Assembly: GCA_964585065.1 (NCBI GenBank)
Contig: CAZPCB010000001.1
Location: 14,037-78,036, forward strand
Direction of reading: 5' to 3'
Origin: an uncultured Candidatus Saccharibacteria bacterium
GTDB taxonomy: Bacteria; Patescibacteriota; Minisyncoccia; SW-4-49-11
DNA length: 64,000 nt
The notes beneath the pieces were generated by a model that had not been told where the DNA came from, ran no database searches, and saw only the letters and a program-made list of their open reading frames with translations. The stretch's first letter is position 1; every line of letters starts with the position of its first letter. The translations under genes were made by a program, and so were the position numbers. This document shows, piece by piece, positions 40,128 to 51,000 of the stretch.

Positions 40128-41606
40128 TTATTTTTGCTGAGAGTATAAATATTTAGCTTGCTTATAGCGTAATATTGCTAATTGTCTAGCCTTACTATGT
40201 TCAATAATTGGTATGAGTGGGGGAATATAATTTTCTCCAAGCCATTTTGACTGATATCTTCCCTTAGGATCATAATTCTCAGCTTGAAGATAAGGATTAA
40301 ATATACGAATTGGTTTTGGGTCAGCTCCAACAGAAGCTCCCCATTGCCAACCTCCATTATTAGATGCTTCATCTAAATCAATCAGAGTAGCCCGGAAATA
40401 TTCTTGTCCCCATCGCCAATCAATACCTAAATGTTTGGTCAATATGCTCGCTACAATCATACGAGATCTATTATGCATCCATCCAGTCTGAGATAATTGT
40501 CTCATAGCAGCATCTACAATAGAGTAACCGGTTTCTCCTTTAATCCAAGAGAGGAATCTCTGCTGAGCTTTTTCTCCTGATATCCAATCAATAGTATTAC
40601 GAAATTGTGGCTGAAATTCTGTATTAAGTAATTCGGGTTGATGATAGAGTAAATAGGCATAAAATTCTCTCCAAATAAGCTCGGAGATATATATAGCAGC
40701 TCCTGGATATTGACTATCTATTAGGGCAGATTCTAGGCTATTATTACTATGTTTTTGTATCATTTGCCTAAGAGTTTTACTGGAGATAAATCCCCAGGCA
40801 AGAGCTAAACTCATTTTGGAGGTTTTACCATTATCAATGGTGTCAAGTTCCAGAGAATCACGATTGAGATGATAATTATCAAGAGAGCCAGAATCAAGAA
40901 AATTTTGGAATAATGCTAAAGCCTCAGCTTCGGAATAATACCATAGAGATAAATCGGGAAGAGGAATATATTGAGTTAAATCATATACTCTATCTTCAAT
41001 TAATATATCTCTATTGGATGAGAATTCTTGCTGTATAGCATTGGGATTAGATTCTATATAATTCCAGCCAGGTATACTATCTTGATATGATACAGATTGA
41101 AGGTCGGGTTTGGGATAGGCTTCAGTATTCAAGAATTCTTGCCAAATAGATTTTTTAAAAGGGGTGAATACAGAATACAAATTCCCATTTTGACTACGAG
41201 TATTACTATCAATACTTAGTCTATCTGAATAGAGGTGTATAGTAATTCCAGCATCTTTAATCTTTTGTAATTGCTTAGTAAAATCAGGATATATATCATG
41301 ATTGACATATACTTGAATATCATAGGATTTGCTAAGCTCAATAATGGAGTGCGCACCTTTACCCTTAATTAAATGAAATTGAGGGAATCGCTGTATGAAT
41401 TGGGGTAAAGCCTGACTTAATATATGTCTTTGTGCATAGCCAAATTGAGCTTGGGGTTTAGCTTCCAGCATATAGTTTTCCAATATAAAAATAGGAGCAA
41501 AAAGAATATTATGTTCTTTTGCAGTATTAATAGCGTGATATAATGCAGAATTATCAGTAAGCCGCAAATCACGCCGAGCCCAATATACAATAAGAGATGT
41601 TTTCAT
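40128..41606 (-). CDS. phr: Deoxyribodipyrimidine photolyase (CPD class I/III-like)
   Basis: WARRDLRLTDN, ELIWREF, TGWMHNRSRM, NNGGWQW and RIFNP motifs. Confidence 0.95.
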   Translation of the reverse strand: MKTSLIVYWARRDLRLTDNSALYHAINTAKEHNILFAPIFILENYMLEAKPQAQFGYAQRHILSQALPQFIQRFPQFHLIKGKGAHSIIELSKSYDIQVYVNHDIYPDFTKQLQKIKDAGITIHLYSDRLSIDSNTRSQNGNLYSVFTPFKKSIWQEFLNTEAYPKPDLQSVSYQDSIPGWNYIESNPNAIQQEFSSNRDILIEDRVYDLTQYIPLPDLSLWYYSEAEALALFQNFLDSGSLDNYHLNRDSLELDTIDNGKTSKMSLALAWGFISSKTLRQMIQKHSNNSLESALIDSQYPGAAIYISELIWREFYAYLLYHQPELLNTEFQPQFRNTIDWISGEKAQQRFLSWIKGETGYSIVDAAMRQLSQTGWMHNRSRMIVASILTKHLGIDWRWGQEYFRATLIDLDEASNNGGWQWGASVGADPKPIRIFNPYLQAENYDPKGRYQSKWLGENYIPPLIPIIEHSKARQLAILRYKQAKYLYSQQK

Positions 41607-41683
41607 ATAGATTAGTATATCATATATTGCCTAATAATCAGTATTATGGTATTCTAATGCTAAGGTTAAATATAGTATTCACT

Positions 41684-43414
41684 ATGAAAATTATTCAGCA
41701 GTTTTTTGAATATTTTGAGGCTAGGAGACACAAAAGAGTACAATCATCATCATTATTACCGGAGGGGGATAATTCAGTGTTATTTACTACAGCTGGTATG
41801 CAACAATTTAAACCCTATTATCTTGGGAGATTATCTCCTTATGGAAATAGGGTGATTAGTGTACAAAAATGTTTGAGAGTAGATGATATTGATGAGGTGG
41901 GGGATGATACGCATAATACCTTTTTTGAAATGTTAGGGAATTTTTCTTTTCATTATCCGAATGGGGAGGGGAGTTATTTTAAGCAAGAGGCTATCAAATT
42001 AGGATATGAGTTTATTGCCGAGGAATTAGGGATGGCAATTGATTATGTAACGATTTTTACAGGGGACGAGAAAAGCCCAAAAGATACCGAGGCTCTTGCT
42101 ATATGGAAACAATTAGCTGAGGATAAGGGAATAACATTAGAGATTAAGGAACTTGGAAGAGAGGATAATTTTTGGGGACCTACGGGTGCTGAGGGACCTT
42201 GTGGTCCTACTACGGAGATTTTTGTAAATGGTGTAGAGGTATGGAATATTGTATTTAATCAATATTATGCAGGAATAGATGGAAGCCTAAAAGAATTAGA
42301 ACAGCAAGGTGTAGATACCGGTGGTGGCTTGGAGCGTATAATTACTCAAAGTGAAGGGGTTAAATCAGTATATGAGACCCAAGTATTTGCTCTAATTCTG
42401 GAGAATATTCGGAATCAATTTCCTCATCAATCAGAAGAAATATATCGTATATTATTTGATCATATTCGAGCCAGTATTTTCCTTTTAGCCGAAGGAGTGG
42501 TGCCATCCAATAAAGAACAAGGATATATATTGAGACGATTATTACGCAAAGTATTAAGTCTTATTTCATCTTATGATAAACCTCTAGAATTAGTATTTAA
42601 TACTATTGAGGGTATTATTGTAGTTTATCAAGAAAGATATCCTGAGCTTATTATTGCAAAGGATAGTATTATTCATAGTATTCAAGGGGAATATGCATTA
42701 TTTAGTGAATCAGTATCAAGAGGTATGCGATATGCCGATAAAATATTAAAGAAAAAACGTATTCCTCATATGTCAGGAGAAGAGGCTTTTCTATTAGCTT
42801 CAACATATGGTTTATCTCCAGAAGTATTAAAATTACAAGGCTTGTCTTTTGATGAGCAAGATTTTGAGAATTATAAAGCAGAACATCAGAATATTTCTCG
42901 GGCTGGAGCTACCAAAAAATTTGGTGGGCATGGACTAATTCTCGATAATGGTGAAATTAAAGCGGCCAATAAAGAGGAATTAGCTATTGTAACCAGACTT
43001 CATAGTGCTACCCATCTTTTGAATAAGGCTTTGCGAGATATATTGGGGGAGGGAGTAGAACAGCGAGGTTCAGATATTACGGCTGAGCGTACACGATTTG
43101 ATTTTAGTTTTGAGAGAAAATTAACTCCTGAGGAAATACAAATGGTGGAAAATAAAGTGAATGAATATATTCAAGCTGGGGTGGATGTCAGTATTACTCC
43201 TATGTCTCTTGATGAGGCAAAAAAGTCTGGAGCTTTATATTTAGTCAATCGTAATTATCCAGAACAGGTAGATGTATATAGTTTTGGGGATATCTCAAAA
43301 GAATTATGTGGGGGCCCACATATTCATAATACTCGAGAAATAGGTCAATTTAAAATTAAAAAAGAAGAGGCTGTTGCTCGAGGCATACGCCGTATTCGTG
43401 GTATAATAGAATAA
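41684..43414 (+). CDS. alaS: Alanine--tRNA ligase (no C-Ala domain)
   Basis: FTTAGMQQFK, HNTFFEMLGN, GPCGP, HSATHLL and ELCGGPH motifs. Confidence 0.96.
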   Translation: MKIIQQFFEYFEARRHKRVQSSSLLPEGDNSVLFTTAGMQQFKPYYLGRLSPYGNRVISVQKCLRVDDIDEVGDDTHNTFFEMLGNFSFHYPNGEGSYFKQEAIKLGYEFIAEELGMAIDYVTIFTGDEKSPKDTEALAIWKQLAEDKGITLEIKELGREDNFWGPTGAEGPCGPTTEIFVNGVEVWNIVFNQYYAGIDGSLKELEQQGVDTGGGLERIITQSEGVKSVYETQVFALILENIRNQFPHQSEEIYRILFDHIRASIFLLAEGVVPSNKEQGYILRRLLRKVLSLISSYDKPLELVFNTIEGIIVVYQERYPELIIAKDSIIHSIQGEYALFSESVSRGMRYADKILKKKRIPHMSGEEAFLLASTYGLSPEVLKLQGLSFDEQDFENYKAEHQNISRAGATKKFGGHGLILDNGEIKAANKEELAIVTRLHSATHLLNKALRDILGEGVEQRGSDITAERTRFDFSFERKLTPEEIQMVENKVNEYIQAGVDVSITPMSLDEAKKSGALYLVNRNYPEQVDVYSFGDISKELCGGPHIHNTREIGQFKIKKEEAVARGIRRIRGIIE

Positions 43415-43415
43415 T

Positions 43416-44024
43416 ATGAAAACAAAACGAGATATATTACTTCGCAAATCTCTCCATCTAGGACTTATACTTCCTTTTGCTGTGTATTGGTATATATCTG
43501 CTCAGATTTTTATCGATGCAGAGTTATATGCTAAGAGCTTTTTAGCTGTCTTTGTAATAGGATTCTTGATATATGAATATTTGCGACTAGATACTCGATT
43601 TTGGGTTCCATTTGCGAGTTTAGTAAAACCCAAGGAGCAAAATACCAATGTAGATGGGTTGAATTTGGTTTTAGCTGCTATTGTGGCGACAGCTCTTTTT
43701 GATCCGAGAGTTTCTCTCACCGCAATATTAATTGCCATTATTGGGGATACATTTTCTACAATTGGAGGAATTTATGGTACAATGAGAGTATTCCCAAATA
43801 CAGAAAATAAAACTACTTGGGAAGGTATATTATTAGCTTTAATTGCAAATTTTGCAATAGCAAGTAGCATATGGGGATTTGGTATTATTCCACTTATATT
43901 AGCTCTAGTGGGAGTTATTATTGAAACCTTTGCCTCTAAGCTCGATGATAATTTGGCAATTCCCTTGGGAGTGGGATTCGTAGGACAAGTGATTTGGCTT
44001 ATAGTACAATATTATCCAAAATAA
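43416..44024 (+). CDS. CTP-dependent polyprenol (dolichol/phytol) kinase family membrane protein
   Basis: RKSLH, GDTFSTIGG, KTTWEG and DDNLAIP motifs. Confidence 0.85.
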   Translation: MKTKRDILLRKSLHLGLILPFAVYWYISAQIFIDAELYAKSFLAVFVIGFLIYEYLRLDTRFWVPFASLVKPKEQNTNVDGLNLVLAAIVATALFDPRVSLTAILIAIIGDTFSTIGGIYGTMRVFPNTENKTTWEGILLALIANFAIASSIWGFGIIPLILALVGVIIETFASKLDDNLAIPLGVGFVGQVIWLIVQYYPK

Positions 44025-44035
44025 ATAATAATACC

Positions 44036-45238
44036 ATGTTTGGTAAAAAAACAGCATCTGAACCTCTTATCATAGATATCTCTGAGAATAGAGTGACGGT
44101 AATTGATTATACTGTTGATGACAAGACAGGTAATACTTTGATTCATGGTATTGGTCAAACTCAATTACCTTTTGGAGTAGTGAATACCAATACTATTGAA
44201 CAAGAAACAGTATTAATACAAGCAATAGAAAATGCTCGGCTTGAAGCTGAGACAAGTAATGATGAGATAAAAACAGGAACAATATTGGGGGTTTCAGGAC
44301 CATTGGTAGAAATTAAAGACCGTATTGCTGAGATAAATCGTGATAAACCTAACAAAAGTATTAAGCCAAAAGAATGGATTAATACCATTGATGATATATA
44401 TGTTCAATTTGATGCAGAGTCTTATGCCACTTCTCAGGGACATAAGCTTCCATTATCTTTGGTACAGATTTCATTAAATGATATTAGGCTAGACGGTGTT
44501 GAGACTTTATCCCCAATTGATGAAAAGGCTCAAACGATAACTTTAGAGACACTGAACACCTATATTCCAACTTCCTATAAACAATCATTAGTCAATATAG
44601 AAAAAAGTATTGGATTAACTATTGAAGGAGTATATCAGCATGGATATGCCGTAGGGCAGCTTATATTAGATTATAATAGAAGTAGAGATATAGCGGTTAT
44701 ATTAGTAGATATTCGATTTGGACATACTACTATTAGTATTGTTCAGAATCAAAAAATCAAATATATACAGTCATTTAGTATGGGGAGTCATAGTTTTACT
44801 CAAGCTATTGCCAATACCTTCCAAATCACTATTGATGAGGCAGAAACTGTTCGTCAGGAATATAGCCGATTACAATTACCAAGAGATATGTCTCGTCGCA
44901 TTACGGATGCTCTTGAACCAGAAATATCTCTTTGGTTGCAGGGAATAATCTTGAGCCTACAGGAAGCTCAACTAGAAAATCTCCCACCATATGTATTATT
45001 ATATGGCGAGGGAGCTCAATTATTAGGTATAAAAGAGGCTCTTGAATATAGTAATTGGTATAAATCACTTAATAGTACTGTTAAGCCAGGAGTGTCAATT
45101 CTTACACCAAAGCAATTCCCTCATATTATTGATATGACAAGTAAAATAGATAATGCCCGATATATTGATATTCTCGGCCTTATACATGCCGCCAATATTC
45201 CTACAGATATTCATCTTCCATATCGTTTAAGTGAATAA
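44036..45238 (+). CDS. FtsA/PilM-like actin-fold protein
   Basis: IIDIS, LVDIRFGHTTI, MGSHSFTQAIA...EAE and LYGEGAQL motifs. Confidence 0.8.
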   Translation: MFGKKTASEPLIIDISENRVTVIDYTVDDKTGNTLIHGIGQTQLPFGVVNTNTIEQETVLIQAIENARLEAETSNDEIKTGTILGVSGPLVEIKDRIAEINRDKPNKSIKPKEWINTIDDIYVQFDAESYATSQGHKLPLSLVQISLNDIRLDGVETLSPIDEKAQTITLETLNTYIPTSYKQSLVNIEKSIGLTIEGVYQHGYAVGQLILDYNRSRDIAVILVDIRFGHTTISIVQNQKIKYIQSFSMGSHSFTQAIANTFQITIDEAETVRQEYSRLQLPRDMSRRITDALEPEISLWLQGIILSLQEAQLENLPPYVLLYGEGAQLLGIKEALEYSNWYKSLNSTVKPGVSILTPKQFPHIIDMTSKIDNARYIDILGLIHAANIPTDIHLPYRLSE

Positions 45239-45244
45239 ATCACT

Positions 45245-46798
45245 ATGAAAAACACAACTTCAAAACCACTTATATTAAATCCAAAAGACGGTATTTCAGA
45301 TATTGTATATCAAATTAAAAGTGATGCAGTAAAAGGCGGAAAAGTTTTGATTTATATACCAGATAATATGGATATATTATATAATCCTGTAAATAGGGGA
45401 TTATTTGTACATACCATTAAGCAATTAATTGCTCAATATGATATAGAATTATTTAGTGCAGATAATGAATTAGTATCTCTATTAACTACAAGCAATATAC
45501 CTATTACTACTTCTGATACTATTCCTAATACTACATCACAAAGGACAGGTATAGAAAATGACCCCTATACTGATTTTTTTGGATATCAATTGAATCAAAA
45601 AACCCAAAACTCTATATCTGAATCAAGTACTGAAGCAGTATTTCATCCAGAACCTGCCAATCCACAACCATTACCAAAGAAAAAATCAGATGGACCTTCC
45701 TGGAAATTTTTATTGGCAGGAATGATTGTCGTGACAATAATTCTTGTGGCCGTAGCAGCTATACTTATTCCAAGAGCAGATATTACTATTACTACAAAAC
45801 TGGAATCATTATCTAAAGATTTTGATATTACTTTTGATCCCGCTATTACTGATATTAGTGTTGAGAATAAAGCCATCCCATCCGCTACAGATACTATTAG
45901 TGCTTCTGTAGAAGGAACATATGAAGGAACTGGCTCACAGGCTGGGGGTACAAAAGCAAATGGTACTATTACCATTAAAAATGAAACTTCTGCCTCACAA
46001 TCATTGGTTGCAAACACTCGATTTCTTTCAGCAAAAGGAAAACAATTTCGTCTTGTGGAAGCTGTCACTGTTCCTGCAAAAGGCTCTGTAGAAGGGAAAA
46101 TTATAGCTGATAATCCAGGAGAAGAATATAATATACCAGCAGGAAAATTAACTATTCCAGGATTTGATGATAATCCAACTAAATTAGCAGCCATTTATGG
46201 AGAATTAGGATTGGCCATTAATAATGGAGCTAGTGAAGATGGAATTATTGTTACAGAACAAGATATAGAAAAGGCCAGATTAGATTTACAAAAAAAGCTT
46301 ACCGAGGTGGTAAATAAGCAAGTTAGTGAAAGACAAGATACTAGAGCCTTGGTGATACAGACTAAACTCAATGATATACAATATACTGGGTTACCAAATG
46401 TTGGAGATAGAGTAAGAAGCTTTACGGTAAAAGCCTCGGGTAATCTGCAGGGAGTATTCTATAAAGAAGAAGATTTAGACAAATTAATAAAATCTTTATT
46501 GGCCTCACAAGTGATTGATTCAAGAGAATTGGGATCTGATATTAAAATTAACTTTGACCCTCCACAGGAATTTCCAAATAAACAAGCAGCAAAAGCAAGA
46601 GTATATGTAGACTATTCTCTACAACCAAAATTTGATGAGGGGGATATATCTCGCAATATAAGGCTTAAAACCATATCTCAAGCACAGGATTATCTCAAGG
46701 GTCTCGATAATGTAGACTCAGCGGATCTTAAATTAATTCCAGGATTTAGTCCAGTATTGCCGGCTCTTACATCTCGTATTCGTATTATCATCAAATAA
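45245..46798 (+). CDS. Membrane-anchored protein with baseplate J/gp47-like domain
   Basis: TM at ~155-175; KANGTITIKN...LVANTRF...VTVPA...ADNPGEEYNI. Confidence 0.7.
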   Translation: MKNTTSKPLILNPKDGISDIVYQIKSDAVKGGKVLIYIPDNMDILYNPVNRGLFVHTIKQLIAQYDIELFSADNELVSLLTTSNIPITTSDTIPNTTSQRTGIENDPYTDFFGYQLNQKTQNSISESSTEAVFHPEPANPQPLPKKKSDGPSWKFLLAGMIVVTIILVAVAAILIPRADITITTKLESLSKDFDITFDPAITDISVENKAIPSATDTISASVEGTYEGTGSQAGGTKANGTITIKNETSASQSLVANTRFLSAKGKQFRLVEAVTVPAKGSVEGKIIADNPGEEYNIPAGKLTIPGFDDNPTKLAAIYGELGLAINNGASEDGIIVTEQDIEKARLDLQKKLTEVVNKQVSERQDTRALVIQTKLNDIQYTGLPNVGDRVRSFTVKASGNLQGVFYKEEDLDKLIKSLLASQVIDSRELGSDIKINFDPPQEFPNKQAAKARVYVDYSLQPKFDEGDISRNIRLKTISQAQDYLKGLDNVDSADLKLIPGFSPVLPALTSRIRIIIK

Positions 46799-46800
46799 AT

Positions 46801-47253
46801 ATGCTGTACTTTTGGCTTATCCCTATTATTCCTCTGACCGCAGGTCTTATATATGCTGGGTTTGTAAAAGATATTCTAGAGGAAAAAGGATTATTAAAGT
46901 TAGGACTTCAAAGAAGTGAACTTGCTAAAGTCAATATTGTAAGAGGATTTTTATTATTAGGTATTGTAATATTCCTTATATTTGCAACAGGTAAAAGTCA
47001 GCTTATTATAGGACTTATTGGTATAGTTTTGGGATTTTTGATTATGTTTTTCTCAGAACCCATACATAGAATTTTAGCAACTGGTGGAGGGAGTAATTCA
47101 TCCTTTAGGGGAGATGATAAAATTAAATTGGTTGGTATAGTGATTTGTATTTTGTCAGCTGGTTGGATGTCAGGTATTACACAGGGATTATTGTATGGAT
47201 TTTTAAAAACGGCCAATCTTATTCCATCAAGTGATGTAATAGATTATTATTAG
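46801..47253 (+). CDS. Hypothetical membrane protein
   Basis: Four TM-like segments; operonic with the upstream genes. Confidence 0.7.
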   Translation: MLYFWLIPIIPLTAGLIYAGFVKDILEEKGLLKLGLQRSELAKVNIVRGFLLLGIVIFLIFATGKSQLIIGLIGIVLGFLIMFFSEPIHRILATGGGSNSSFRGDDKIKLVGIVICILSAGWMSGITQGLLYGFLKTANLIPSSDVIDYY

Positions 47254-47308
47254 GGGTAACACAACATATTGACCGAGTTGTGAAATCTTGCTATACTATT
47301 CTCTAGTT

Positions 47309-47385
47309 GGCCTTGTCGTCTAGTCCGGTCAGGACGCCAGGTTTTCATCCTGGTAACACGGGTTCGAATCCCGTCGAGGCTACCA
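47309..47385 (+). tRNA. tRNA-Glu(UUC)
   Basis: Anticodon arm ccagg-tt-TTC-at-cctgg; GGTTCGAATCC; encoded CCA. Confidence 0.97.
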
Positions 47386-47396
47386 ATTACTTTACT

Positions 47397-47469
47397 GCTC
47401 CTGTGGTGAAACTGGATATCACTACGGTCTTCGGAACCGTCATTCGGGGTTCGAACCCCTGCGGGAGCA
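47397..47469 (+). tRNA. tRNA-Arg(UCG)
   Basis: Acceptor gctcctg/cgggagc; anticodon arm acggt-ct-TCG-ga-accgt; GGTTCGAAC. Confidence 0.95.
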
Positions 47470-47471
47470 CA

Positions 47472-47627
47472 GATAGAAGGAATATGTCAGTGACATATTC
47501 CTATAGGGGTGAGAAAGTCGGAGCCTGGTGTGAGTTTCCCTGAAAGGGAAGGCGAACACGGCGAGACGGGGTCGCGAGAATTTACCGTCAGGGAAATTAC
47601 TTGTGACCGAACCCCTGCGGGAGCACA
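47472..47627 (+). mobile_element. 156-bp structured element ending in an exact 20-bp duplication of the tRNA-Arg 3' end
   Basis: cgaacccctgcgggagcaca at 47452-47471 and 47608-47627; several hairpins inside. Confidence 0.7.
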
Positions 47628-47698
47628 AGATATATTTTCATCATCTTTAGTTTGAGGTAATATTAATTTTGCTTGGTACAAATTTAAAATCTATACTG

Positions 47699-47799
47699 TC
47701 CCTCGCTGGCGAGGGAGGAACACATAGTGGTGGGTATGGATTTCTTTGTCATAGTCCTCCTCCGACCTGACGGCCACCTCCCCCAAGGGAGGACAATAA
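47699..47799. repeat. Two REP-like palindromic units
   Basis: Reverse complements resemble units 2977-3019 and 3024-3070. Confidence 0.8.
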
Positions 47800-47817
47800 G
47801 GAGGTGTATCTATATAT

Positions 47818-47846
47818 TTGACTTTATGCACAAAAAGGTGTATAAT
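47818..47846 (+). promoter_or_regulatory. Sigma70 promoter for rpoBC
   Basis: TTGACT-17 bp-TATAAT. Confidence 0.7.
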
Positions 47847-48022
47847 ATTTGCAACGGATGAGTGATGACGAGTGAGACTTTATTGGATTGGCTATCAAAT
47901 AATGATGATACAGATACATATTGCTTAGTAAAAAAGAGAGTAATGGATTTTCCATTGCTTATTTTATGCGTTTATAAGTAAGTCCGAACAAGTCCTCATC
48001 AAAGCACTATTAGATTAAGTAT

Positions 48023-51000
48023 ATGCATATGGCAAAAAATCAGAGAGTTTTCTTTAAGCCCACTATTGATCTCGAGTTACCAAATCTTATTGAGCCGCAA
48101 TTAGCATCATATAAATGGTTTTTACAAGAGGGGCTTCGTGACCTCTTTGAAGAGCATTATCCAGTATTGGACTGGACAGGTACTGAATATCGATTAGAAT
48201 TTGTAGGATATCGATTGGATGAGCCAAAACTTTCTGAAGTACAATCCCGTGTAAAGAATATCACTTTTGAAGCTCCACTTAGAGCTAAAATTACGTTAAT
48301 TAATAATACAACGAATAAAAAAGTTACTCAAGAAGTATTTCTTGGAGATGTTCCTTTAATGACTGAGAGAGGTACATTTATTATTAATGGTACAGAGCGA
48401 GTTATTATTGCTCAAATTTTGCGTTCACCTGGAGTATTCTTTACTGAGAATATTTCTCGAGATAAGAGATATTTTGGAGCTAAGCTTATCCCTACTCGTG
48501 GAGCTTGGATTGAAATTGAAACAGATGGAGCTGGAGTTATGTGGGTGAAAATTGATCGTAAGCGTAAAGTTGCTCTTACTTCTCTTTTGCGTGCCTTTGG
48601 ACTCGGTAAAGATAATGAACTTATTTCAACTTTTGCTGATGTTGATACGGGTAAAGTGAAATTCATCAAAGAAACTATTGCAAAAGATGCTGCTCGTGAT
48701 CAAAAATCAGGATTTGTAGAAGTGTATCGAAGAATTCGACCAGGAGATTTAGCCACCGATGATAATGCTAAACAATTAATTGAAGGAATGTTCTTTAATT
48801 TTAGTCGTTATGATCTCGGTAAAGTTGGGCGATATAAAGTAAATAATCGAATAGGAGTTGATTTAACAGAAGATCCAAAGCATAGAATTTTACAAATTGA
48901 TGATTTTATTAAAATTGTAAAAGAAATTATTCGTCTTAATAATGACCCACAGGCTATGCCTGATGATATCGATAATCTTAGCAATCGACGTATTCGATTA
49001 ATTGGAGAATTAGTACAAGAACGAGCTCGAGTTGGATTTGCTCGAATGGAAAAAATTGTAAAAGATAGAATGAGTACAGCTGATCCACAAACAATTACCC
49101 CTACGAGTGTAATTAATGCACGACCCCTAGTAGCTGCTATCCATGAATTTTTCTCTTCAAGTCAATTGTCTCAGTACATGGATCAGATTAATACCTTATC
49201 AGAATTAGAGCATAAGCGAAGAGTATCTGCTTTAGGGCCAAATGGACTTGCTCGAGACCGAGCTGGATTTGAGGTTCGAGATGTTCATCCTACCCATTTC
49301 GGGCGTATTTGTCCTATTGCGACACCTGAAGGACCTAATATTGGGCTTATTGGTCAATTAGCTACCTATGCACATATTAATGAATATGGATTCTTAGAAA
49401 CCCCATTCAGAAAAGTAGTGAAAGGAAAAGTTACCGATGAAGTAATATTCTTTGATGCAGCTGAGGAGAAGAAATATGTTATTGCATCCGCAGTAGTAGA
49501 CCTCGATGATAATGGGCTCATTATTAATGAGCGTGTTATTGCACGAAAAGACAGTAATGTGATTATTGTTGAGAGAGATGAAATTGAATTTATCAATGTA
49601 TCTCCAAAGCAATTGATTTCTGTGTCTACATCTCTTATTCCATTTGTTGAGCATAATGACTCAGCTAGAGCTTTGATGGGTTCAAACATGCAGAAGCAGG
49701 GAGTTCCTTCTATTAAAAGTGATTCTCCAATTGTAGGAACTGGTATGGAGCGAGAAGCAGCTCGATATAGTGGTCAAATTATTGTAGCTCCAGAAGATGG
49801 AAGTATTATTGAAGCTGATGCTGCTCATATTCTCTTTGAGGCAACAAAGTCAAAGAAGAGAACTTTATTTGAATTAACCAAATTCTTAAAGTCTAATGCA
49901 TATACTAGTGTTAATCAAAAAATACGATGTATTCCTGGACAAAAAGTAAAAAGAGGTGATCTTCTTGCCGATGGTTCATCTATGCAAAATGGAGAATTAG
50001 CTCTTGGACAAAACTTGAGAGTAGGATTTATGTCTTATGAAGGAAATAACTTTGAGGATGCTATTATCTTGTCAGATCGTCTTGTAAAAGAAGATGTATT
50101 TACCTCGGTACATATTGAAGATTTCTCAGTAGATGTATCAGATACTCGACTTGGAGAAGAACAAGTTACTCGAGATATTCCTAATGTTTCAGAAGAAAGA
50201 CTCAAAGATTTAGATGCTGAAGGTATTGTAAGAATTGGAGCAACGGTAAAGCCAGGAAATATTCTTGTTGGAAAAATTAGTCCTAAGGGAGAAACTGATT
50301 TGACAGCAGAAGAGCGATTGCTCCGAGTGATTTTTGGTGAAAAATCTCGAGAAGTAAAGGATTCTTCTCTCAAAATGCCAAATGGTCATCAAGGAAAAGT
50401 TGTGGAAGTAAGAATATTTACTCGAGCAAATGGAGATAAGCTTCCAAGTGGAGTTATCAAGAGAGTTCAAGTAAGTATTGCTCATCTAAGAAAAGTAAGT
50501 GTTGGAGATAAATTAGCTGGACGACATGGAAATAAGGGAGTTATTGCAAAAATTCTTCCACAAGAAGATATGCCATTCTCAGCTGATGGAACTCCACTTG
50601 ATATTCTCTTGACACCACTTGGTATTGCATCTCGTATGAATCTTGGTCAAGTATATGAAACTCATCTTGGACTTGCAGTTTCTGCTCTTGGATTAAAAGT
50701 TGCAAGCCCTGCTCTTGATGGAGTAAGTCTTGATAAGATTAAAGAATTACTTCGAGAAGCAAATCTTCCTGAAGATGGAAAAATTCAATTATTTGATGGA
50801 AAAACTGGAGATGCTTATCTTGAAAAGACTACAGTTGGAGTTATGTATGTAATGAAATTGAACCATTTAATTGAAGATAAGCTTCATATGCGATCTACTG
50901 GTCCTTATTCTCTTATTACACAGCAACCTCTAGGAGGAAAAGCTCAAATGGGAGGACAGAGACTGGGAGAAATGGAAGTATGGGCATTCGAAGGATATGG

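Noticed and set aside
45245-46798. Prophage or contractile injection system suggested by the baseplate J-like domain
   Set aside because: No other phage or tail genes nearby; the protein is TM-anchored inside a housekeeping operon
47307-47681. Short ORFs 47307..47543, 47440..47628 and 47487..47681
   Set aside because: They overlap tRNA genes and the structured element; spurious
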